Shown here: positions 54,623 to 64,000 of the stretch, piece by piece | How the letters are laid out: every line of letters begins with the position of its first letter | Position numbering within the stretch: the first letter of the stretch is position 1 | From: Haliotis cracherodii | Taxonomy: Eukaryota | NCBI RefSeq assembly: GCF_022045235.1 | Contig: NW_027266271.1 | Location: 15,996,001 to 16,060,000, forward strand | Length of the DNA: 64,000 nucleotides | Direction of reading: 5' to 3' | Position numbers and translations under genes: made by a program | Notes under the pieces: model-generated | The model's database searches: none | What the model was told of the DNA's origin: nothing | Seen by the model: the letters and a program-made list of their open reading frames with translations, nothing else

Positions 54623-56864
54623 GTAAGTAATTAAATCGGTCGAATATTTTCAAAATATCATTATTATGTTTCTTTTTCACACCAACGAATGTTATATCAT
54701 GAAATGGCATTTTTTTTAATTACGCAGCAATATATACGTAGAGATGTATCAAAGCCAATGTGTAGGAATTATATAATCTGTGGTGTATTGTCAATTTGAT
54801 TTTTAAGTTAACATTTTTAAATATAACATATTATGTTGTTTGTTGTTTGAATGACAAAGACTGGGAATAATAATAATAATAATGATAATAATAATATTTA
54901 CTTATAAATAAATAGATATGTACATACAATGTACTTACATTATATATATATATATATATATAACGTTTTATCTGTATAATTCTGATATAAAATTAAATAC
55001 AAATTTGATACAAAATGTCTTCAAATTACATCAGTATATGCTGTGTAGATACATACAAAAACTAAAAAATACTGCATTAACACTATATGTTTCACTGCGT
55101 AAAGCATAAATGATTTCATTGGCTGCTTTGTTGCAACTACACAATCACAATAATAAACATTCTAACCTCTAACACTTCCCACCTCAATAACGAATTTTAC
55201 ACATTCATACAAACACGCTAATTTATTCAACTCATACATGCATGACTCCATGATATGTTAAAATGCTTTCCTGTGCACATGCCTTTGTGTGCATACAAAA
55301 GAAGCAACCGAAAACCGTCTTGATAATTTTTATCATTTTATATTATTTATATTCTTTATTGTCTAAATTTCACAACTTTTGAGGAAGAAACGAACATGCC
55401 ATTTCCACCAAGATTTCAAAGAGCGTCATACGACTCTTGCTCAGAAGTTGTTTCATCAAGGTTACAGCATTCAAGATATCAGTACAGCTTTCAAAATGTT
55501 TAAGGGTCGAAAAGTGGAGGGCAATTCCAAATTCAACGCTTCAGTGCCAAAACATGATGTCTGACGTGTGCCACCGGTGGGGCAGGATATCATCATTATT
55601 TGATAATAGTTCATAAACACATACTCATGATGCAGTCGGATTGGAAAAATGGACTCTGTTTTATCAGAGATGTCTTGTCGCAATGGAAAGGGTTTTGTCC
55701 CGTTTATTTATATGGTGACGAGTGCCAACGGTGGGGCAGGATACGCACACCTTTTCGCGAACACCTGGTGTCATCACTGTTTCATAGTGATTCATAAATA
55801 CATGCTTATGATATAGTCGGAATAAGTACTATCGGCTCTGCTTTAAGCAGAGCTTTCTTATGAATATGAAAAAGCGTTTTGTCGCTTTTACTTTGTTTTA
55901 CAAATACTGCTCAACAAACGGATTGAAAAGTAAGTGATAAACAACACTGGTCAATCAAAACATACGTAAAAAAAGGGCTAAACTAATTGTAATTGTGTAG
56001 TTGGTCGGGATAGAAAAAGGGCCAAACTCAAAACCCATACTTTACATTCTCCACTTAAAAGATCCACTGTTCGAATGCTTACATTTGTTCCCATCACAAC
56101 CAATTACAACCGGACATGCATGTGCATGGAATATACGTATATATCAAGAGTTAATAGATTCATTTTGGAGATAAACATACTGTATTTTCAATAAATGTTG
56201 AGAATGGTTACCTGTAGATTTAACCGCGCTAAACTGACTTTGGAACCGAACGCGCAGCTTGAGTAATTGATACAGTTTACAAGTCATTTCATACGACAAA
56301 CATGGGCGTACACATTTACTCGTCTACTGTTTGTCGATGTTGCTATTTTCGTTGTAAGTGATCTGGATAAGAATGTTGTCTCACCGTGTCTCGTTACCAA
56401 ACGGTAGCCCTGGGCCTGAAGGGAGATAACTCGTTTGGTCATACTGCACACGCCTACTCACCACTTGCCAACAACACTTGTATATGTTACAGTCAACATA
56501 GGACAACATGTTACAATGGGAATTGTAATCAGTCAACTTGTAAAAAGACTTTTCACTTGGAAATTTACTAAACGCCAAAATATTTCAGTCATTTTAAATT
56601 TTTTTTGCATTTATAATATCATGATAATGAATTCCAAACATTTTACTACTTCATTTCATCATCCAGTGACTAAAAATAATGGAATTGAAAGAAAACGAAA
56701 GTCAGTGGGTATTTTGCACATTTCTGGGCTTCCTATCCAATCATAATTAGTATATTTTGTTGTCAATATGGCGGAAAAAATAATTGTAAAATGTTTACAA
56801 TATTTTGTCGATTTGTAAATCGCTTAAGTGAAAATTTCAGTCATTTTGCAAATTGACTGTAACA

Positions 56865-56918
<54 letters not shown>

Positions 56919-59900
56919 AAGAAGCAGCACCACTACCACTATTACTACAACAATACACTATCACATGACTTTTATAATGTAATAAATGTTTATTCTAACA
57001 AGTATTTACAATTATCCAATTGTCGTTATTACTATTAGTAGCAGTAATACAAATTGCTACTGAGGCTCTATGTTGTGCTTCTTGCAGTATGAAAAGTAAC
57101 TTATGATTTTTGTATGTCTAAAACGCTGAGGTGGTTTGGTAAAGAGTGCGAGTGTTGTGAGAGAATCAGACTTCCTGATATGTTCCGTTGATAAATGAGT
57201 AAGGATTCTCTTGATAATTACAATCAAGCCCGTAATGGGTTTACTACTGTGATGCGGAGGACAAGACAGTATCCCCGTGACATATACAACAGATTGTTGA
57301 TTAATATTAACACAAGTAAAGTAATTTCACCGATTTTCCAGGATGTGTTCATCCTCACGGTCAACTGTATCTGTTGAATGGCATCGATATGTAAGTCCAC
57401 AGATGTTGCCACCGGTGTTTCTTCATATGATTTTGATAGGGGTGATTTTGTAAGAGGAAATTGTGAAAGCTATAAGGGGTCTGAAACAGCAAGAAATGAT
57501 AAAGTAATAGCAGAATTGTTAAAAAAAGATATGCTATTTCATTGCCTTATGTATTACTTCTTTTAAATAATTTATTTGATTAAGGATATTTTCCAGATAA
57601 GCGGACAAAAGGCTTTATTATACCATTCCATAAAAGGGGATGTAAATTCTCCAAATTATTACAGGGGAATTACTATGTTACGTGTATTTAGAAAATATAT
57701 GTTTCAATTATGAATTCTCGTTTAACGTTTTGGACTGATTTTTTGCAGTGGATACATCACCACTGATAATGTATTTACACAACAGTCTGTTATTCAGCGT
57801 TTTTTTGATTCAGTTAATAGAACAAAATTATGGAATATGTACTACAGAGTCGGGGTGTTTCATCCAAAATGTATCCAGACTATTTATTCTGAAGTCCCCT
57901 CATGTTTAAAATAAAACGATCTCTCTTCAGACTTGTTTTAAAATATGTTCGCCAAGGTTGTGTACTCAGCCCCTACTTCTTTTCGATGTTTATTAACGAG
58001 ACAATTTTAAATTCCAAATTATGTGGTCCAGGGCGAATGCGGTTGCTTGCCCCTTTACATATTAGCAGCTAAACGTGTTATTTTATACTGGTTTAAGTTA
58101 TTAGCAATGCCAAACACCAGATGTCCCAGAAAAAAGTTTCAATACATTAATTTAAAGAGCAAATCAAGGTAAGGTTAACTGGGCTTTCAAACCTAAATGA
58201 CTGTGGAAAGAACTACATGTAATATAGTTTTGCTGGGTGAAAAAATGATCTCAATAGGATATTACTCTGGCATACATTTCAGTTCTCAGCTCGAAATCGT
58301 TTGTATCATGGAATATAGATGCTCGTGCGATTCATCCATCAATTTTTGATTGTTTCAAATAATTATCACTCGTCAGTGAGAAAGAATATGATCACTGTCG
58401 TGTGTATCTGTTCTCTTTGCAAAGAGATTATCTAGTTATTGAACGAAAACAAATACGCACATTATGCAAGATAACAGTTTCATTGACTCAGATACACAAT
58501 CTCATATTACTGAGAGTGAGTGAGTGAGTGAGTGAGAATGGCTTTTCCTAGCTTTTAGCTATATTCCAGCGATATCACGGCGGGGGACACCAGAAATTGG
58601 CTTCAAACATTGTACCCATGTGGGGAATCGAACCCAGGTCTTCGGCGTGACGAGCGAACACTTTAACCACAAGCTACCCCACTGCCCCCATATTAGAACT
58701 TAATAACAAAAGGCACTACTTTCGCCTACTCCGCTAACATAGCATCGTCATATGTCTTTGATATAAATTGCCTATGGTGACCTGTACCATGTGTTCCCGA
58801 GCTTTTCTGGAGAAAAATTGACTTGCTTTTGCATGCGTTTGTGACAGGTAGTCCGTGGGAAATAATACGCTCACCTTTTCGCGAACAACTGGTATCATAA
58901 CTATTTGACTATATCATAACCATATGCTTGTGATAAAGTAGGAATCATACAATCGACTCTGATTCTAGCACAGAGTTATTATAAAAATGGAAATGGTTTT
59001 GTCGCGTTTCTTTATCCAATTTGTAAACATTTGCTTGAATTCCTGAAGTGTTCAAATTTGTGCGTCCAGGTGACTGTAAACGAGCTTTTCCGCTGACATA
59101 CAAACACACATGAACAACAGTTTGTTGCTCAGTGCTGTGTGACAAACAACAGCTATAACATGCCATCTTCAGCTGAGACTCCTGTTAGAAGCTTAGAGTG
59201 TTAACAAAGCAATATGTCAATGCAATTTTTAAATGTAAAATCTGAAGTGGTTGTTTTCAATACGCTGGATATGTATTCATGGCGGCCATTAACACAATAT
59301 GTTACTCGAAGAACACAATAATATTAAAAAGAAACTTTAAAGTTTAAAATGTTTGAATTGTGTTTCTGTAGCCTCTCGCACGTATGAATTAGGGAATTTT
59401 CTCCCTTACACGTTGGTATGGTAGTAGGCAACAGTAGTATGGATTTATGTCTAACTTAGGCTATGCGGCCAACACACCAAGTAGTGTTTACTTCTCAACA
59501 AGGAGGTCCTCTTTCGGTTGTTATAACTTGAAATAGTTTGTGGAAAAGGGAAATATATAAGGAATATATATTAGAACACCAGAGGATAACATTTGCATCC
59601 ATAATAAATATATCTTGGTTTTTTAAATTGGCTTACATGTATGTGACATTTACTGACATCAGTGTGTTCTCAAGATATGATATTCATCATGCGACTCTTG
59701 CTCAAGATATGGTATTTGTAATACGACTTTTGCTGAAAAGTGGTTTGAATATGATCACAACATTTAAGGCCTCATTCAATATTTCATTTTTTTGTATCGC
59801 CAATAAGTGGACGATGCATTTCCAAGTTTGAGGCATCAGTGATAAAAATGCTTCCGATGCAATTCCTTATTTTGACCTGTACCATATGTTCTAGTGTTTT

Positions 59901-62900
59901 ATTCTCAGGTGAACAATTGACTTGCCTTTGCATGTGTTTTTGACGGGTGCCAGCGGTAGGACAGGGTATCATCACTATTTGATAATGATTCATAAACACA
60001 TGCCCATGATGCAGTCGGAATCGTACGATGAACCTTGTTTTAGCAGAGATTTCTTGTGGCCTCGGGGGGCGGTCGGGTAGCCTAGTGGTTAAAGCGTTCG
60101 CTCGTCACGCCGAAGACCCGGGTTAGATTTCCGCCGTGATATTGCTGGAATATTGCTAAAAGCGGCGTAAAACCGTACTCACTCACTCACTCACTCTTGT
60201 GGCCTTGGAAAGAGTTTTGTCCCTTTTGTCCCTTATACGACGTGCAGGTGTGATCGTAGACATCGGAAGTATGGATAGTGAGTCAGTTTACCATGCATTT
60301 CATGTGATAAAACTGGACGGACACATCTACTCGCCTACTTCTTTTGTTTGCCGATATAGTTGGAAATAACCAGTCTAAATTATCCACCGCAACAGATTCT
60401 ATTTGGCATAGAGGGTAAAATAGCTCTGAAAAATATATGAGGATGGACAGCTGAAAATCAGTGATGACTCCAGGTATTCGCGAAAACGGAAAGCATGTCC
60501 TTCCCTACCAGTAGCATTCGCTATTCACACAGATCTGGGTAAGAACGTTGTCTTACTATGTCCCGTTATCAAAGGACCCGTGAAGACACGGGGTACAATA
60601 GGTCTTCAGCAACCCATGCTTTCCGTAAAGGCGACTATGCTTGTTGTAAGAGGCGACTAACGGGTGGTCAGGCTCGTTGACTTGGTTGATGCATGTCAAT
60701 TGCGTGGATCGATGCTCATGATATCAATCACCGGATTGCCTGGTCCAGATTCGATTATTTACAGACCGCCGTCATATAGCTGGAATATTGCTGAGTGCGG
60801 CGTTAAACAACAAATCAACCAACCAACCAACGTTATCAAATGGTTGCCTACTACACTTGCACATACCACTACCGCCAAAACTACATCCGTGTTCGTGGAT
60901 AAACGAATCCGACCTGTGTCAATTTGGGCTTTACTTCTGATATAGTTCAGACACTGAACATAAGTGACAAAGTGGCTCAAATGCCTACTCATCAAAGTAA
61001 CTGTGATATAAATATATTAATAAATGAGAAGTATGTAATGATAACATGAACTACATATGGCTTTACAAATATATCATTCTTCCAACCGTGTACTCACATA
61101 ATGAGCCTCCTGTCAAATGGACAAAGTAATTTGAGGTCGTATTAATGCATAAGACATGCCACACATCATGTTTCCTGATCGTATATAACTTGGGAAGGAC
61201 CACACATTTATCGAAAACCATTGTACAGAACACACAATTGCTTGGCACGCCGTGATAAAGCTGGAATACTGTTAAAAGTGGCTTTGAACCCGATGCGCTC
61301 ACTCACTGTTTTACCCTGTCAGCATACACAACAACACATGTTGCTATTATCACTGAAACCCTGATGGGCGACAATCCAGTATGCTTGTTTATATTTCAGG
61401 CTTCCAGTGCTACACCTGTTCGTACGATCATAATACCCCTGGGCCAATTGACTGTTTGACCAGCCCGGAAGATCTTCCCGACAATCTGCACATAAAATGT
61501 GGAAACTTTTGCGTAACGCAAGAGGTCTTCAGTATACGTATGTATATTATTATTTATTCTGTGTAGGAAATGAAGGTTATTGCATGTTTTTATATATGGT
61601 GTAACACTTTACACACCTTTAAATGAAGTTTTGAAGAAGGAAATCAACATTAGTTATTGGTTAAGATCAGGTTACAATTACGGCAATTGACTTAGTGTTT
61701 CAAATATTATTAATAAGACATGTACCCGTGAAGATCCGTTTGGAATCAACAACACATGCTCGTAGTAAGAGGCGACTAACGGGATCGGGTGGTCAGGCTC
61801 ACTGACTTGGTTCATGCATGTCATCGTATCCCAATTGCGGAGATCAATGCTCATAATGTCAATCACTGGAATGTCTGGTCCAGGGTCGATTGTTTACAGC
61901 CCGCCGTCATATACCTGGAATATTGCTGAATGTGTCATTAAACAACAACGTAACACATGCTTTGATGCCTTATGTCTGCGCAAAAAGAAATGTGGTGAGC
62001 ATATCTGTTTCAAAAATTGCGACATTTGTGAAACCCATTTCTGGTGTCCCCCGCCGTGATATTGCTATGCTAGTGTTAAATGCGGCGTTAAACCTCACTT
62101 TAAAATGAACTACATGCCATTATATTCATTCACTGCATGAATAAACCATTGCATGTTAACCCTTCAGTCACAATTGTCCCTTACTTTCTTCTTCTACCAA
62201 ATCCATCAACTCCGCCTTGAGAGTTGGTCGTTGTTTGTATCAAGGAGATTGTTTTATGTTTATACAGGTGTGTTTGCCGATCACATTCAGTGATGTTAGT
62301 TCAGTCTTTTGTTGCCCCGTGAAGATCCGGGTAAGAACTGATCTTCAGCAACCCATGCTTGTCGTAAGAGGCGACTAACGGGATCGGGTGCTCAGGCTCG
62401 CTGACTGCATGTCATCGTATCCCACTTGTGTAGATCAATGCTGATGATGTCAAATACTGGATTGTCTAGCCGAGAGTAGAGTATTTACAGGCCGTCATAC
62501 ATCTGGAACATTGTTGAGTGCAGCGTTAAACACAACCAACAAAACAAACAAACAAATATCTCTTTTTGGGACGTCGTCAACATTCATTTATAACGTCATT
62601 ACCAATGAATGACGTCAACGTGAATTAATTGAAACAACGCTATGATATTTGGTCATATAGCCAGAGCTGCTCCCTAAACCTGCCGCATCCACTGACCATG
62701 TACATGTATGTAATTACTGATGGCCTCGTCAGAATCAACCCAGTGAAAACCATTTCAATGTACGATGGAGCGAGTAAGTTTGTACGTCAGATTTTGTCCA
62801 AAACTACGACAAGGAATGATCTATCAGAAATATACCTTATGCGTTTATCCATGTGGGGAATCGAACTTAAACACAAGGCTACTCTACCGCCCATTAAATG

Positions 62901-63273
62901 TGTGGTTTAATTATCTTGATATCTCCAGTGGAGCTTATCTTAAATTGTTTTGACTTTAAATCATGGCGACAACTTTATTAGTACTCAACGTTTATCATTA
63001 TTGGTTTCAGAGGACAAGATCATTTTATCGTTTTTTCGAACGTGCAGCGTCGATTGGGGCAATGTCTGTACGGAGGATGCGTGGTTCGTGACGTGCAAAA
63101 CAACGTGCATTGGCGACTTCTGCAACGAGGGACTAACAATGGACCCTGACACACACGAGAGGCCTGATGTCAAGGACAACTACGGAAACTGGAACAAAAA
63201 CAGTGCGACGCAGCTTCACAACGTCATGGAGACGATGTTAGCGATACTTTTAATCATAGCATGTGTGACATAA
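54577..63273 (+). CDS. Ly6/uPAR three-finger (quiver/sleepless-like) secreted, probably GPI-anchored protein; 3 exons, ~148 aa (gene span)
   Basis: Exons 54577-54622, 61400-61537 and 63011-63273, all phase-1 joins. Signal peptide MLRFYILCVCIGVGLG, then FQCYTC...C...C-GNF-C...RTC...C...TCKTTCIGDFCN (10 Cys, terminal CN), a spacer, and a hydrophobic C-terminus MLAILLIIACVT. Confidence 0.85.
55379..55890 (+). mobile_element. Penelope-like (Naiad-type?) RT C-terminal remnant plus conserved 3' repeat (family E); about 10 related fragments in the window
   Basis: TCHFHQDFKERHTTLAQKLFHQGY...FKMFKGR resembles the PLE RT thumb, followed by GGTGCCACCGGTGGGGCAGGATACGC-CACCTTTTCGCGAACACCTGGT. Related pieces at ~4820-4965, 5355-5520(-), 17450-17560, 18000-18210, 44600, 51990-52080(-), 52640-52730(-), 58760-58970, 59600-60230 and 60360-60530(-). 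Confidence 0.65.
56871..56917. repeat. (CAA)n microsatellite
   Basis: Direct reading. Confidence 0.95.
57190..58300 (+). mobile_element. Highly decayed RTEX-like LINE RT in Ly6 intron 1
   Basis: IIPFHK.GDVNSPNYYRGIT, FDSVNRTKLW and RQGCVLSP..FSMFINE remnants with many frameshifts. Confidence 0.65.
58513..58689 (-). mobile_element. SINE family B
   Basis: (GAGT)n tail; body and tRNA head match the 33262 copy. Confidence 0.88.
60063..60194 (+). mobile_element. SINE family B with an internal deletion
   Basis: TSD TCTTGTGGCCT at 60052-60062 and 60195-60205; inserted in a Penelope-like repeat. Confidence 0.9.
60577..60830 (+). mobile_element. Family C element (variant with a duplicated hairpin)
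   Basis: Same head, body and tail as the 62316 copy. Confidence 0.88.
61400..61537 (+). CDS. Ly6-like gene exon 2 (first half of the LU domain)
   Basis: Acceptor tatttcag; FQCYTCSYDHNTPGPIDCLTSPEDLPDNLHIKCGNFCVTQEVFSI; donor gtatgt. Confidence 0.88.
61725..61949 (+). mobile_element. Family C element
   Basis: Same body; partial deletion in the head. Confidence 0.85.
62316..62556 (+). mobile_element. SINE-like family C with a non-tRNA structured head
   Basis: CCCGTGAAGATCCGGG...GATCTTCAGCAACCCATGCTTGTCGTAAGAGGCGACTAACGGG, a conserved body, and a GCGTTAAAC-(CAAA)n tail; no Pol III B box. Confidence 0.88.
63011..63273 (+). CDS. Ly6-like gene exon 3 (second half of the LU domain, GPI-type signal, stop)
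   Basis: Acceptor ggtttcag; DKIILSFFRTCSVDWGNVCTEDAWFVTCKTTCIGDFCN...MLAILLIIACVT*. Confidence 0.88.
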
Positions 63274-63404
63274 TATCAGAATACAACCAAAGGGTCGGTG
63301 GACGGTGAACTAGATCCATGACGATGTTAGCAATACTTTTAATCATAGCATGTGTGACATAATATCAGAATACAACCAAAGGGTCGGTGGACGGTGAACT
63401 AGAT
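63231..63404 (+). repeat. 85-bp direct duplication (offset 89) spanning the Ly6-gene stop codon
   Basis: 63231-63315 versus 63320-63404, with one visible mismatch. Confidence 0.95.
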
Positions 63405-63426
63405 TTTGTAGTAATAATGTACATAA

Positions 63427-63610
63427 GGGACAAGCCATTTCATATTCAGGCGAGAGGCTATGATAATTTGTTTCAGTTAGCGCTTCAAGGCATACCATTC
63501 TATTCTCCGACACGAAGATCCAAAATATGTTTTTCAGCATTTTTTCAAATAGATTTCTTTTAAAAAACAAAACAACCAGACCTCCAATTGAATATGAAAT
63601 GGTCGCCCCC
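63427..63610. mobile_element. Tourist/Harbinger-like MITE
   Basis: TIR GGG...CCATTTCATATTCA (14-bp perfect core) at both ends; TAA flanks at 63424-63426 and 63611-63613. Confidence 0.7.
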
Positions 63611-63911
63611 TAAATAGTCAAGGAAACAAGGTTGCACAAGAAACACACAAAAGAAACAACTCTAATGAATGTTGTTAAGTACTATTGAAAATAAAATATT
63701 TTGATAAGTGTAAGTAATCTATGCATAACAGACGTGTACATGTTTGATAAAGCATAGTAGTGTATGGTGACCGTTGGGAAATTGTTTGAACACCTGGTGA
63801 AATCACTGATTTATTTTAGCTGTCGATTTATATAAATGTCATCGCTACATTGCCCCTTACGTCAAATAGAATCTGTTTCCGCGGTTAATCTAGACTCTTG
63901 TACGGTGTATT

Positions 63912-64000
63912 GACATTCTATATTTACATGTAATTCGATGTTCGACATTCTATATTTACATGTAATTCGATGTTCGACATTCTATATTTACATGTAATTC
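63912..64000. repeat. 32-bp tandem repeat running off the window end
   Basis: GACATTCTATATTTACATGTAATTCGATGTTC at 63912, 63944 and 63976. Confidence 0.93.

Noticed and set aside
56853-57038. Poly-Q ORF; similarly His-Thr ORFs at 7159, 21824 and 49554
   Set aside because: These are translations of microsatellites.

Overview
AT-rich eukaryotic genomic DNA with spliced genes and many repeats; there are no prokaryotic features. The repeat content (MetaSINE-like, Penelope-like, RTEX/I/CR1/R4 LINEs) suggests a mollusc, possibly a gastropod such as abalone (inference only). Two intact + strand multi-exon genes can be assembled by hand: a 6-exon, 355-aa class A GPCR of the melatonin-receptor-like/moody-Tre1 type (39142-50239), and a 3-exon, ~148-aa Ly6/uPAR three-finger (quiver/sleepless-like) predicted GPI-anchored protein (54577-63273). 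Weaker candidate exons lie at 3.0, 6.7 and 9.1 kb. The rest is mostly decayed LINEs, four SINE-like families (many with readable TSDs), Harbinger-type MITEs, a Tc1 fragment, a probable solo LTR, 33-bp and 53-bp minisatellites, and an N gap flanked by inverted repeats. The most notable unexplained signal is a ~67-nt non-tRNA head on a dispersed retro-element family (family C), whose copies show compensatory base changes. This points to a structured RNA and possible ribozyme. In addition, a 3' stem-loop plus TTAAA tail is shared, with covariation, between an I-clade LINE and all four SINE families.
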